In this document: in pieces, positions 37,106 through 47,175 of the stretch
Numbering within the stretch: the first letter of the stretch is position 1
Layout: every line of letters begins with the position of its first letter
IMG/VR virus record: IMGVR_UViG_3300032236_000438
Span: 1-63,753 of that record
Direction: 5' to 3' (one strand)
DNA from: a virus
Lineage: Duplodnaviria; Caudoviricetes
Length of the DNA: 63,753 nt
Notes under the pieces: model-generated
Told to the model about the DNA's origin: nothing
Database searches by the model: none
Seen by the model: the letters and a program-made list of their open reading frames with translations, nothing else
Position numbers and translations under genes: made by a program

Positions 37106-39109
37106 GTGTCAAAATACGGCGATATAGTTTATGGAGGCGCCAGGTACGGCGAAACTCCTAAGCTTTCATACTCAGTAGCACCGATGACAATTAACGTCTT
37201 ACGGTTTGATGAGGCGTATGTAACTTGGCAAAATGCTATTGGTGTCTTTACCCGATTCCGCATTGTTAGAAATCAAAATGGGTTTCCTGAAACAGCAGAA
37301 GATGGAGTTATTGCTTACGAAATAAGCAGCCCCGATGGTTCTAATCTTTCAGGTACTTTAGAGAAAACTCTTTTAAAAGATGGAGAAGAAAACACTGGTG
37401 ACGCTACCTTCATTCCAATTGTTCCTGGAAAAAATCTTTACTATCGTGCGTTCTTATACACAGACCAAAAGATTTGGGTTAAAGCAGGAGAAATTTATGA
37501 CGTAGTTCCTTCTGATACAGATGTCATGGATAAGATGCTTAATTTTCTTCCTCGTACATTAACTAGTGATGTCCTCAGTCCTTTCGGTGTAGTGCCACAA
37601 AAAACTGATGCATATAAATCTGACCTTTACAGATTTTTAGATGGCATGGCGTTTACGTACGAACAAATGCTCACTCAGCTTCAGCTTTTAAGGCCGTACC
37701 ACAATATTGACCCATCAAACTACACCACCATCCCTGCTGAAATGTATAGCGTAGGTATGGAGCCAGAAGCTAACCTACCAATCGTTAGCCAACGCAGACT
37801 TATTCGTGACGCTATTTACCTATACTCTCAAAAGGGAACCGCATTAGGATTAAAGAATTACTCACAAGCTTTGACTGGGTTTCTTACCAACGTAACTGTA
37901 TCCCCTAATCTTTTGTTATCTGTTCAAGACTCTACCTTTTATAAGTCAACAGGAAACTGGGTTGCTACTAATGCAACCATTAGTTACACAGCTGAGCTTC
38001 TTCCAAATACAGCAATATCAAATGTAATTGACCAAGTTTATACACTAAAGATTGTTGCTAGTGGTGCGGGGAATATCTCATTAGGAAACACATCACCTGT
38101 ATCTCAGGGAATTCCAATCACTCCTGGAAACCATTACGCATATTCTTTCCAAGTTAAATCTCCAACTAGTGCTGGCTCGGTAACGCCTTCTGTTACGTTT
38201 TATGATGCTGACGACAATGCTATTTACACAATTCCTGGCAGCTCAACTGCAGCTAACAATTCTTGGAAATTAGCATCTCAAATCATTAACGCAGATGAAG
38301 CGGATGTTGGAGCAGCAAGTTATGCAGGACTTAAAATTTCTTGGTCTGCTGCTGGAACATACTATGTAGATATGGTTTGCTTCCAAGTTGGAACATCTGT
38401 TGCTTACGATGAGGCTCGTGCAGTCACAGTGCAGTTGGAGCCCTCACAAACCAACTACATTGCAAATCCTTCTTTTGAAACTGACGCTACTGGTTGGACA
38501 CTGACAGGATTAACTTTTTCGCAAGACCCAACTAACTATCCTAAAGAAGGTTACCCAAGCCTTCATAGTGGAAAGTTTACTGCTACAGCAACCACGTGGA
38601 CGTTGTCTAACACCTCTCAAATTCCTGTAGACCCAGGAACATACTTTAACGTTTCCATGTACGCATATTCAGACTCTATCCCAATGATGGACATGTACAT
38701 TGACGTATTTGACGCAGATGATAACTTGATTACTTCTTTCCAAGATACCCACATGATGGGCATGATGTGGATGCGTCACTACGTAGGTGGACTTATGGAT
38801 ATTGGAACACAACCAGACCACGCTCACGTTCGGTTTGTCGGCACTGCAAACATTGGCGACTCATTTAACCTAGATATGATTCAGGGACAAGACACTTACC
38901 TCCCTACAGACTATTTTGACGGCTCAATGCCAGCATCTGTTGGAGTCATTTGGCAAGGAACAGCCAACAATTCACCAAGCCTTTACTACCCAGGTAAGGA
39001 CACTAAGTTCCTACGCCTTGCCCAGACCATGATGGACTGGGTGCCTATGAATACCTGGTGGAGAATCACCACACCTGCTGGACTGGAGTACACCAACCTG
39101 ACCGTGTAG
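37106..39109 (+). CDS. Baseplate wedge (tail protein I/gp7-like) with carbohydrate-binding-like modules
   Basis: 'LYRFL', 'RRLIRDAIYLYSQKGT..G', 'NYIANPSFE', 'DYFDG'. Confidence 0.7.
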   Translation: MSKYGDIVYGGARYGETPKLSYSVAPMTINVLRFDEAYVTWQNAIGVFTRFRIVRNQNGFPETAEDGVIAYEISSPDGSNLSGTLEKTLLKDGEENTGDATFIPIVPGKNLYYRAFLYTDQKIWVKAGEIYDVVPSDTDVMDKMLNFLPRTLTSDVLSPFGVVPQKTDAYKSDLYRFLDGMAFTYEQMLTQLQLLRPYHNIDPSNYTTIPAEMYSVGMEPEANLPIVSQRRLIRDAIYLYSQKGTALGLKNYSQALTGFLTNVTVSPNLLLSVQDSTFYKSTGNWVATNATISYTAELLPNTAISNVIDQVYTLKIVASGAGNISLGNTSPVSQGIPITPGNHYAYSFQVKSPTSAGSVTPSVTFYDADDNAIYTIPGSSTAANNSWKLASQIINADEADVGAASYAGLKISWSAAGTYYVDMVCFQVGTSVAYDEARAVTVQLEPSQTNYIANPSFETDATGWTLTGLTFSQDPTNYPKEGYPSLHSGKFTATATTWTLSNTSQIPVDPGTYFNVSMYAYSDSIPMMDMYIDVFDADDNLITSFQDTHMMGMMWMRHYVGGLMDIGTQPDHAHVRFVGTANIGDSFNLDMIQGQDTYLPTDYFDGSMPASVGVIWQGTANNSPSLYYPGKDTKFLRLAQTMMDWVPMNTWWRITTPAGLEYTNLTV

Positions 39110-39118
39110 GATGACCGC

Positions 39119-39397
39119 ATGGTTAACCTACTCATCTCCGTACTCCTATCAGGAACAGCAGTCACCTTTGGAATTGAATTCCTTGCTCTCGTGCTTGCGT
39201 GGTTCTTTGATAAGGAAAGGCTTTATGCCGTTCTATCACTGCCATTAAGTTTTGGCGCACTGTTTTGTTTGGACAACTTAAACAAAACCTACATCGTCTT
39301 AGTGCCTGCAACTGCTTTTATTGCACTTATCCTTAACAAGGTAATCAACAAGCCAGTTGTCTTCAATGCCTCCCGACGCAATTTGCCGAGGTTCTAA
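39119..39397 (+). CDS. Small membrane protein (possible holin)
   Basis: Three hydrophobic segments and a basic C-terminus. Confidence 0.45.
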   Translation: MVNLLISVLLSGTAVTFGIEFLALVLAWFFDKERLYAVLSLPLSFGALFCLDNLNKTYIVLVPATAFIALILNKVINKPVVFNASRRNLPRF

Positions 39398-39988
39398 ATG
39401 AAGATAGCCCTATTTTCAGATGAGAACCTTGATGTCTCTAAAGCACTTGACCAGTTAATCACAAAGTATTCTGAACAATCCCCAGAGGTTATTTTTCCAG
39501 TAAAGAAAAATTACGACGAGTTCTCACAGTCAGTTATCCGTAAGTGCCTTGAGAACAGAGTCAAAGTAACTGCTTACTTCAAAGATGCCACAGGGCTAGA
39601 GCATATCCTCAAGCAAGCAGATGATATCTCCATCACCGATGAGCCAATCCAGGAAGTCTTAAGGCAACTAGAGTCCAAGGATGCCGTTGGTATCGTCTGG
39701 ACAGATAGCCTCAATGACCATCTCATCCTTCATACCGTTGAAGACCTGGCGCTAGATGTCTGGGATATCACCGATGGCATAGACCCGATTGAGATTGATG
39801 ACCCGTTCACCGACATGGACACCGAGCAGTTGCACGATGCCATGCATAAAACTTTGGGAGTTGCTATAGACATGATGGCTGCCTACATTGCCAGCACGGT
39901 CATGGAGTCAATCAGCGAGTCTGTCATGGACCACATCATCAATCAGATAGCCAAGAAGGACATTTCACCTTTTGAGGATAACGAGTAG
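39398..39988 (+). CDS. Hypothetical protein
   Basis: 196-aa acidic ORF abutting the upstream stop. Confidence 0.55.
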   Translation: MKIALFSDENLDVSKALDQLITKYSEQSPEVIFPVKKNYDEFSQSVIRKCLENRVKVTAYFKDATGLEHILKQADDISITDEPIQEVLRQLESKDAVGIVWTDSLNDHLILHTVEDLALDVWDITDGIDPIEIDDPFTDMDTEQLHDAMHKTLGVAIDMMAAYIASTVMESISESVMDHIINQIAKKDISPFEDNE

Positions 39989-39998
39989 TCTTCGCCCC

Positions 39999-40973
39999 AT
40001 GCTGCCACCAGAGGCCTTTACAGCCGACATATCCGATTACCAGTTCAGGCTACTAGCCATTCTTTGCCGTTTAGCGGGCCCTGGAGGGCTCGTACAGGCC
40101 TCAGTAGCTGAGCTTTGTGCAGAGAGTGGCAAGTCAAGTGACAAGACGGTCCGTAGCGCCCTCCAAGGCTTGGAGAAGGCTGGGCTAATTCTTACCGAAG
40201 CAACAAGGCGGGCTAACGGTTACCAGGGAAAGAAAATTATCTTGGTAAAAAATTACCGGCATGTGGATAATGTAGCGGTAAAAAATTACCGCACCTCACA
40301 TGACTATGTGACTAATAGTCGTATTAGCCATCCTAGCTATAAGCCATTAGTACCTAATGCCAATAGCCAAGATAGTAATAAATTAAAAGAATCTGAAACC
40401 GTAGGTTTCACAAAGGAGATTAAGGTTCCTATGAGAAAATGGGAAGATGACACAGACTCACTTGCAGGCTTTGGACTCGTTGAACCGAAAGATGCACCAC
40501 AGCCCAAGGTCCGAAAGTCTGACCCCAAGACCCGTGGCAAGAGGCCAGAGCATGAATGGACGGCTATGGATGTGGCTGCTGAGTTTAGTTACCAAGTCGG
40601 GCGCAAATATCCTCTTCTACCCGGAACGGTTAGCGTCAAGCAACTTTCAGGAGCGCTCCGTGCCTTCAGAACAAAGTACGGAACAACACCGCTCATAGAG
40701 CTTGAGTTGCTTCGTTTGTTCATGCAGGACGAGCGCAACTTCAAAGGCATTGGCGATGAAGCTCCGATGCTCTACAAGAAGTACCTTGCCTCCTTCGGCA
40801 CCAAGATGAACCAAGCCCGTGAGAACTTAGGTCTCAACAAAGTTACTGCTAAGATTGAGACTGCCACAGCATCTGATAGGCTCATGGCAAGTGATGGTCG
40901 CACATTCCAGAATTCACTCTCTGGTCGTGCACAGCTTGAGCGGCACGAAAAGAGAATAAAGGAAAACAAATGA
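39999..40973 (+). CDS. Replication initiator-like protein with N-terminal winged HTH
   Basis: 'FRLLAILC...SVAELC..SGKSSDKTVRSALQGLEKAGLI'; upstream of a DnaC-like gene; internal repeats. Confidence 0.65.
   Translation: MLPPEAFTADISDYQFRLLAILCRLAGPGGLVQASVAELCAESGKSSDKTVRSALQGLEKAGLILTEATRRANGYQGKKIILVKNYRHVDNVAVKNYRTSHDYVTNSRISHPSYKPLVPNANSQDSNKLKESETVGFTKEIKVPMRKWEDDTDSLAGFGLVEPKDAPQPKVRKSDPKTRGKRPEHEWTAMDVAAEFSYQVGRKYPLLPGTVSVKQLSGALRAFRTKYGTTPLIELELLRLFMQDERNFKGIGDEAPMLYKKYLASFGTKMNQARENLGLNKVTAKIETATASDRLMASDGRTFQNSLSGRAQLERHEKRIKENK
40244..40292. promoter_or_regulatory. Candidate replication origin: DnaA box between two 15-bp repeats
   Basis: GGTAAAAAATTACCG at 40244 and 40277; TGTGGATAA (reverse complement TTATCCACA) at 40262-40270. 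Confidence 0.55.
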
Positions 40974-41065
40974 AAACAATACTTGGTTACGCACTTGTTG
41001 TTGCAGCAGGTTTGTTTGCAGCAAATATGTTCAAGGGAGGAATAAGAGCATGGCTAAAAAAGTAA
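40970..41065 (+). CDS. 31-aa membrane peptide (not in ORF track)
   Basis: SD AAGGA, ATGA overlap; MKTILGYALVVAAGLFAANMFKGGIRAWLKK. Confidence 0.5.
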   Translation: MKTILGYALVVAAGLFAANMFKGGIRAWLKK

Positions 41066-41358
41066 CAAAGAAATTCACAGCAACACTTACACTCAACACC
41101 GAACAAGGTGGCGCATGGTTGGCTAACGTCAGCCTTCTCACTCCAGCAATTAATGTTGATAATCCAAACTCAATGCAACCAGCAGAAGCTGTAAGTGCAG
41201 AAGCAGCATGGAAGAACGCATCAGCAGGTAAGCGTTGGATTAAAGCAAAGGTTCTTGAAATGACTCCTCGTAAGAGCGTTAAGATGAGCCCAACAAAAGT
41301 TGATAAGACAACAGAAAAACCAACAGCATTTGTTGGAGTATTGGAGTTCAAAGCATGA
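41050..41358 (+). CDS. Hypothetical protein
   Basis: SD GGAGG; 102 aa. Confidence 0.6.
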   Translation: MAKKVTKKFTATLTLNTEQGGAWLANVSLLTPAINVDNPNSMQPAEAVSAEAAWKNASAGKRWIKAKVLEMTPRKSVKMSPTKVDKTTEKPTAFVGVLEFKA

Positions 41359-41486
41359 GTACAGAAGTTTTACCGGACCTTATGAAAGACCCAGATTTCT
41401 TAGAGTACCTTGAAGAAAATCAAGTTGCTGAAGAAGAAACACAAATTGCATTTGCTGCTTGGCTTAAGGAAAACGAAGACAAGTAA
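41355..41486 (+). CDS. 43-aa acidic protein (not in ORF track)
   Basis: SD GGAG, ATGA overlap; MSTEVLPDLMKDPDFLEYLEE... Confidence 0.55.
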   Translation: MSTEVLPDLMKDPDFLEYLEENQVAEEETQIAFAAWLKENEDK

Positions 41487-41648
41487 GTGACTGAAGACGA
41501 ACTTGAGCAAGCCCTAATGCGTTTGTACGAATTGGGGCTTGTTTCAATTGAGTACGATGAGAACCTAGAGGCGAGGTTCAAGGTCACCGATGTCGGTAGA
41601 CTGGAAACATTAATTCAAATATTAAAAGAGGGCGAAAACGATGTATGA
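41487..41648 (+). CDS. 53-aa winged-helix-like protein (not in ORF track)
   Basis: GTG start; 'LMRLYELGLVSIEYDENLEARFKVT'. Confidence 0.55.
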   Translation: MTEDELEQALMRLYELGLVSIEYDENLEARFKVTDVGRLETLIQILKEGENDV

Positions 41649-42363
41649 CGTTAACACTTTGTCGCCAATTAAAAAACATTGGCTATTAAGAACTTCAAAT
41701 ATTCCACCAAGATTCATTGGTCTAGAGCCCTCAGATATTGCTGAGAAAGTTGGCTCATTCCCTGACGAGATTAAGAACTGGTTGGACGATGTTTCTAGCG
41801 GTCAGGTTGTTCAAAGCATTGGGAACATAGGCATCAATGGCGTTGGGTTGGTTTTTGATGGCGGTCCTGGGCTAGGAAAGACTACTCATGCTGTTGTTGC
41901 AGCGATGGAGGTAGTCCGTAATTTGCCTGACGAGGAAGTTAAAGCGGCATCATTGATGCATGTCAAACAAACAGAGTACGGTTTAGGTTTTCGCCCAATC
42001 TATTACATGACATACCCAGAATTTCTTGCCCGTAAAAAGTCAACATTTGATATGGATGGCGAAGACAAGCGGGAGATGATGTATGAGTTAGATGGTTTCC
42101 ACGGTCGTTGCCGTTTTGATTGGCTTAATGTAAGAGTATTAATACTTGATGATTTAGGTAAAGAATACGGTTCTAAGTATGACGACACATCTTTTGATGA
42201 GATTCTAAGACTGCGCTACGACAAAGGTTTGCCTACAATTGTTACTACCAATGTCAGGTTAGAGAACTGGGAAGCCCAGTACAGCGAGGCTATGGCTAGT
42301 TTTGCTAACGAAGCTTTCATTAGAGTCCCTATACTTGGCTCAGATTTGCGTGGCGCACAATGA
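41641..42363 (+). CDS. DnaC/IstB-like AAA+ helicase loader
   Basis: Walker A GGPGLGKT; Walker B 'LILDDLGKE'; 'RYDKGLPTIVTTN'. Confidence 0.85.
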   Translation: MYDVNTLSPIKKHWLLRTSNIPPRFIGLEPSDIAEKVGSFPDEIKNWLDDVSSGQVVQSIGNIGINGVGLVFDGGPGLGKTTHAVVAAMEVVRNLPDEEVKAASLMHVKQTEYGLGFRPIYYMTYPEFLARKKSTFDMDGEDKREMMYELDGFHGRCRFDWLNVRVLILDDLGKEYGSKYDDTSFDEILRLRYDKGLPTIVTTNVRLENWEAQYSEAMASFANEAFIRVPILGSDLRGAQ

Positions 42364-42659
42364 AAGGATTCCAAGTGGACAAAGAATGGATGACTGTTCA
42401 GCAGTTCATTTCTGTTCATGGAGTTTTTGAAGTTGAACTTGATACTGAAAGTAAAAGAACTCGTTGCAACTGTCCAGTTTGGATTAAGAAAGAGTCTTGC
42501 AAGCACAGTTCTTTTGTAGACCAAAAGATTCGTTCACAAGGCCATTACTCAATCAGCGTTCCAGTAAACGTCCCAGAAGAATGGGCTATGGAAGCAAGCC
42601 AAGACCCAGACAAGTTTCGTGAGTTCGTAGTTAACTACGCTACTATAGAAGTACTATGA
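42360..42659 (+). CDS. SWIM zinc-finger protein
   Basis: 'CNCP......CKH'. Confidence 0.7.
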   Translation: MKGFQVDKEWMTVQQFISVHGVFEVELDTESKRTRCNCPVWIKKESCKHSSFVDQKIRSQGHYSISVPVNVPEEWAMEASQDPDKFREFVVNYATIEVL

Positions 42660-43072
42660 AAAACGGAGACATTTCAAACGTCTCCTCTCCTCAAGTTATA
42701 GCAACAACAACTCTTCTTTTAACGTTAAAGACAGTTGAGGAGAAACGTCTTTTAGGTAAGAAGATAACTTACGCTATTGGAGACGTTGACCTTCTTGTAG
42801 CTAACAAGCTGTGGACATTGGGAAACAAGTATGGAATTTCTTTAGAGCTAGCTGGCTTTGAGGATGAGGGTTGGACAGAAGAGCTACTTGACAAAGCATT
42901 TGAGAAGTTAGAGAGACGTGCTGTCAACCCATTCAACTATTGGCAACTCTACGAGGACCCGCATGAGATTGTGGGTGGACTGCCCTACCGTGCTAACCTT
43001 AAGGCAGTGATAGATGTGCCAGGCCGAGTTGCAATGTATGGCTCAGCAGGAGTACAACTAGACAATATCTAG
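42656..43072 (+). CDS. Hypothetical protein
   Basis: 138 aa, ATGA overlap. Confidence 0.55.
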   Translation: MKNGDISNVSSPQVIATTTLLLTLKTVEEKRLLGKKITYAIGDVDLLVANKLWTLGNKYGISLELAGFEDEGWTEELLDKAFEKLERRAVNPFNYWQLYEDPHEIVGGLPYRANLKAVIDVPGRVAMYGSAGVQLDNI

Positions 43073-43090
43073 TCCTTGAGGGAGGGCGTT

Positions 43091-43207
43091 ATGTTCAGTG
43101 TTGCAAACACCAATTGTCCTATGTGCCATGCTCACAATGTTGAGCGCATATATGTGAATGGTAATTCTTATTTACAATGTAAGTCATGTGGAGAGCGGTG
43201 GAAGTAA
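43091..43207 (+). CDS. 38-aa Zn-ribbon protein (not in ORF track)
   Basis: SD GGAGG; 'CPMC...CKSCGERWK'. Confidence 0.6.
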   Translation: MFSVANTNCPMCHAHNVERIYVNGNSYLQCKSCGERWK

Positions 43208-44461
43208 TTGGCAGCAGATAACGAACACAGATTAGTCAGCAAGGTAATCAAAGAACGTGAAATTACCCCTGTCCTGCAAAGAGGCATTACTGACGTCTGG
43301 TTCTTAGATGACGACAACCGCAAGGTGTGGGCATTTGTCCGTAAGCACTACAGCGAGTACAGCGAAGTCCCAACTGCCACAACTGTCTTAGACCATTATC
43401 CAAACTACAAGGTTCTCAATGTTGAAGACAGCATGGATTACTTGCTGGATACGATGGTTGAGTTTCGCCGTCGTTTACTCACACGGCAAGGACTTGAGAA
43501 TGCAGTTGAAAACCTGCAGACAAATGACCATGAAGCAGCGCTTCTTGCTATGGAACAAACTGTTTCCAAAGTCAATGAACAAGGCGTACTTGGCACTCAC
43601 GAAGTTGACCTTACAAAAAATACTGAAGAACGTTACAAGGAATACCAAGCAATTCAGAACCAAGAGTTTCTTGGAATACCTACAGGATTTAAAGATATTG
43701 ATGAAGCAACTGCAGGGTTACAAGGGGGACAACTTGTAACTATTATTGCGCCACCTAAGACAGGTAAATCTCAGGTGGCACTGCAGGTAGCAATCAATGT
43801 TCATGCGCTTGGCAAGATTCCGATGTTTCAGTCATTTGAGATGAACAACCATGAGCAACAACAGCGCCATGATGCTATGCGTTCTCACATTGACCACGGA
43901 AGATTGCGCCGAGGAAAGTTATTACCAGCAGAAGAGAACCGTTACATAGACATGCTCAACAAGATGGAGACAGAGCATCCCTTTCATTTAGTTGATGCGG
44001 TAAACGGTATTACCGTCTCTGCATTGTCCGCAAAGATTGAGCAGCTAAAGCCAGACATTGTCTTTGTAGACGGTGTGTACTTGATGCTTGATGATTTGAC
44101 TGGAGAGATGAACACTCCACAAGCAATCACTAACATTACTCGTGCGTTAAAGCGTTTAGCACAAAAGGTAAACCTTCCTATTGTCATTACAACTCAGACA
44201 TTGTTATGGAAAATGCGTGCAGGAAAAGTTACTGCTGACTCTATTGGTTACTCATCCTCATTCTTCCAAGACTCAGATGTAATTCTTGGTCTTGAGCCAG
44301 TAGAAGAAGATGACTCTATTCGTTTGCTTAAGGTAGTTGCTTCTCGTAACTGCCCACCAAAAGAAACGTCATTGACATGGAAGTGGGAAACCGGTTGCTT
44401 CCACGATGAATCAGAAATGTTAAAGTGTCCATACTGCTCTAATTGGGGCGGCAATGGTTGA
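43208..44461 (+). CDS. dnaB: DnaB-like replicative helicase
   Basis: 'GIPTGF..ID....G', Walker A APPKTGKS, 'SFEM', 'VFVDGVY', 'QDSDVIL'. Confidence 0.9.
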   Translation: MAADNEHRLVSKVIKEREITPVLQRGITDVWFLDDDNRKVWAFVRKHYSEYSEVPTATTVLDHYPNYKVLNVEDSMDYLLDTMVEFRRRLLTRQGLENAVENLQTNDHEAALLAMEQTVSKVNEQGVLGTHEVDLTKNTEERYKEYQAIQNQEFLGIPTGFKDIDEATAGLQGGQLVTIIAPPKTGKSQVALQVAINVHALGKIPMFQSFEMNNHEQQQRHDAMRSHIDHGRLRRGKLLPAEENRYIDMLNKMETEHPFHLVDAVNGITVSALSAKIEQLKPDIVFVDGVYLMLDDLTGEMNTPQAITNITRALKRLAQKVNLPIVITTQTLLWKMRAGKVTADSIGYSSSFFQDSDVILGLEPVEEDDSIRLLKVVASRNCPPKETSLTWKWETGCFHDESEMLKCPYCSNWGGNG

Positions 44462-45392
44462 TGTTGAGAAGGTACTTCTTAACTTAGATATTCCTCTCGT
44501 TGCTCAGCGAGGAGATGAGGTGCAGGGCCTATGCCCTATGCACAAAGCTCGTACTGGAAAGGAAGACCACAATCCGTCGTGGTGGATTAACTCTGTAACA
44601 GGAGCACATATCTGCTTCTCATGTGGTTACAAGGGCAACGTATACACGTTAGTTGCTGACATCAAGGGTATTGATTACTTTGATGCCAAAGACTATGTGA
44701 ATTCCAGTAACGAGATAGATGCAGACGTACTGTTAAAGCGTATCCGTGAGTTGCCACAGTATGTCTCCATTGAAGAACCAATCGCCATGTCAGAAGCACG
44801 GCTTGCTGTGTACACAGACCCACCAGAAAAAGAATTACGAAAGAGGTTCATCAGTGTTGAAGCAGCAAAGCACCACAACGTCTTATGGGATAAAAATAAC
44901 GAAGCCTGGATTGTCCCTATCCGTGACCCAAACGATTACAGTCTATGGGGATGGCAGGAGAAGGGAGCACGTGGAAGGTTCTTTCGCAATCAACCTCAAG
45001 GAGTTAAGAAGTCAAGAACAGTCTTTGGCGTTGAAGTAATGAGCACAGAGACTCTTGTAGTCGTAGAGTCTCCTTTGGATGTACCAAGGCTAGCAAGCGC
45101 TGGAGTTGAGGGAGCTATCTCTACTTTTGGCGCAATCATTAGCGAAGAACAAGCAAAGATTATGCGTAGAGCTAAGCGTGTAATTGCAGCTTTTGATAAA
45201 GACGATGCGGGTATGCACGCCAATGAATTGATGCGTGGCTTTGCTCGTAAGTATGGGATTGAGTTGTCGTACTTCAACTATACTGGGATTGATGTGAAGG
45301 ACCCAGGAGACATGACAGAGGCAGAAATCCATCAAGGAATCTCCACTGCTCGTGACATGATTTACGGCAAGGAAGCTTATAAGTGGCACTAG
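44454..45392 (+). CDS. dnaG: DNA primase (CHC2 Zn finger + TOPRIM)
   Basis: 'CPMH...CFSCG', 'VVESPLD', 'FDKDDAG', 'KDPGD'. Confidence 0.9.
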   Translation: MVDVEKVLLNLDIPLVAQRGDEVQGLCPMHKARTGKEDHNPSWWINSVTGAHICFSCGYKGNVYTLVADIKGIDYFDAKDYVNSSNEIDADVLLKRIRELPQYVSIEEPIAMSEARLAVYTDPPEKELRKRFISVEAAKHHNVLWDKNNEAWIVPIRDPNDYSLWGWQEKGARGRFFRNQPQGVKKSRTVFGVEVMSTETLVVVESPLDVPRLASAGVEGAISTFGAIISEEQAKIMRRAKRVIAAFDKDDAGMHANELMRGFARKYGIELSYFNYTGIDVKDPGDMTEAEIHQGISTARDMIYGKEAYKWH

Positions 45393-45562
45393 ACGCACGT
45401 GGATTACCTACTCATGCATGTCCTAACTGCGGGCATTTAGTATTAAAGATTAGAGCTATGTTTGAAGACTACGACATAGCATTGTGGTTTACCGATGGTG
45501 AATGCGATGATTGCGGAACCCTTCTAACGGTTCCTACTCCGGTGGATAATCCCGATGTTTAA
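45383..45562 (+). CDS. 59-aa Zn-binding protein (not in ORF track)
   Basis: 'D.RG.PTHACPNCG...ECDDCGTLLTVPTPVD', a pattern I recall from actinophages. Confidence 0.65.
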   Translation: MALDARGLPTHACPNCGHLVLKIRAMFEDYDIALWFTDGECDDCGTLLTVPTPVDNPDV

Positions 45563-47174
45563 AGGAACTTTGAAACCGTATCAAGTTGAGGCAGTAGCCA
45601 AGATGGTAGAACGTAAGAAGATGTTAGTCGCTTACGAAATGGGTCTTGGAAAAACTCCAATGACTATTGCTGCTATTGAAGAGCTGAAAGAACAGGGAGA
45701 AATAACAAAGCCTATACTCGTTATTGCTTTGTCTAGTTTGAAATACCAGTGGGAGAAAGAGATTAAAAAGTTCTCTGATGCCAGTACTAGTGTAATTGAT
45801 GGTAGCAAAACAACACGCATGGTCCGTTGGTCACGAGAGATGGAATGGGAAGTCCATACCAACTATGTAATCTGTAACTACGAAACAATCGTCAATGACT
45901 GGAACCATATTAAGCATTACGACTGGGGCGCTGTTGTTTGCGATGAAGCCACCGCTGTTAAAGGCTTCCGGTCTCAACGGTCAAAGAGAGTCAAGGAACT
46001 TGCACGCCAGGTCCCTGTCCGCTTTGCCCTTACAGGTACACCCATTGAGAACGGTCGCCCAGAAGAACTGTATTCCATCATGCAGTTTGTTGACCCAACA
46101 CTGCTAGGGCGTTTTGACTTGTTTGACCAAACCTTTATCGTACGCAATCACTTTGGCGGAGTTCAGCGTTACAGGAACCTACCTATTTTCCATGAGAAGA
46201 TGAAGCAAGTAGCAGTCCGCAAAACACAGAAGGACCCAGATGTAGCGCCTTATCTTCCAGAAACAATTCATTTAGAGCCAATACTTGTAGGACTAGACAA
46301 ACCCAACAAAGAGCTTTACAAGAAGATTTCTTCTGACTTAGTACAGGAACTGTTAGAAGCTCAAGAATTGCTGGGAGGTTCTTTCTCCCTAGACGCTCAC
46401 TACGGACAAGGCTACCAAGCCAATAGCCCAGCTGATAAACTACGGGGTTCCATAATGTCCAAGATAACTTCTTTAAGGATGCTATGCGACTCACCTCAGC
46501 TACTAGTTGAAAGTTCAACTAAGTTTCGTAACGGATGGCAGGATATTGATGGCGAAAAAGTTAACATTGAAGGTTCTCGTGGGGGTAGCGTTTATAACGC
46601 TGGGCTTGAAGACGCTGGACTTCTTTCAAAAACGCAAAAATCTCAAAAACTAGAGGCTGTAATTAGCTATGTTGTTGAGCACCTAGAAGCCAACGAAGAC
46701 CACAAGGTAGTCATCTTTACCTGCTTCCTAGGTATGCTTCCCTTGCTTCAAGAGGCTCTGGAGAAAAAGAAGATTGTTAGCACTCTCTACTCAGGACTGC
46801 TAAACGCTAAAGAAAAAGAAGAATCAAAGGTGCTTTTTCAAACTTCTAAAGAAGTTAGGGTACTCATATCCTCTGATGCAGGCGGCTATGGTGTGGACTT
46901 GCCACAAGCAAACATGTTAGTTAACTTTGACTTACCTTGGTCATCAGGTACTGCTGTCCAACGCAACTCCCGCATACGACGTGCCTCCAGTACTTGGTCC
47001 CACGTTGTGATTCAAGACTTCCTTGTGCTAGACTCAATAGAAGAAAGACAACACCAAATGTTGATGCAGAAGAATGCAGTAGCAGACGCTGTGATGGACG
47101 GAGAAGGCATCAATCACAAGGGTGGTGTAGACTTAACGGTAGGAAGTCTTCTTAACTTCCTGAAGGGGGAATAA
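45555..47174 (+). CDS. SNF2-family helicase
   Basis: 'LKPYQ', 'EMGLGKT', 'DEA', 'LTGTPIEN', 'GYGVDL', 'QRNSRIRR'. Confidence 0.9.
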   Translation: MFKGTLKPYQVEAVAKMVERKKMLVAYEMGLGKTPMTIAAIEELKEQGEITKPILVIALSSLKYQWEKEIKKFSDASTSVIDGSKTTRMVRWSREMEWEVHTNYVICNYETIVNDWNHIKHYDWGAVVCDEATAVKGFRSQRSKRVKELARQVPVRFALTGTPIENGRPEELYSIMQFVDPTLLGRFDLFDQTFIVRNHFGGVQRYRNLPIFHEKMKQVAVRKTQKDPDVAPYLPETIHLEPILVGLDKPNKELYKKISSDLVQELLEAQELLGGSFSLDAHYGQGYQANSPADKLRGSIMSKITSLRMLCDSPQLLVESSTKFRNGWQDIDGEKVNIEGSRGGSVYNAGLEDAGLLSKTQKSQKLEAVISYVVEHLEANEDHKVVIFTCFLGMLPLLQEALEKKKIVSTLYSGLLNAKEKEESKVLFQTSKEVRVLISSDAGGYGVDLPQANMLVNFDLPWSSGTAVQRNSRIRRASSTWSHVVIQDFLVLDSIEERQHQMLMQKNAVADAVMDGEGINHKGGVDLTVGSLLNFLKGE

Positions 47175-47175
47175 C

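Noticed and set aside
25009-39109. Bacterial extracellular contractile injection system or tailocin
   Set aside because: Portal, scaffold, capsid and a full replication module are in the same window, so this is a phage tail
43091-43207. TFIIS-like transcript cleavage factor
   Set aside because: Has the CxxC...CxxCG.RWK ribbon but lacks the acidic DE hairpin needed for activity
45541-45549. Second DnaA-box-like 9-mer (GGTGGATAA)
   Set aside because: One mismatch, isolated, and explained by the coding sequence PVDN
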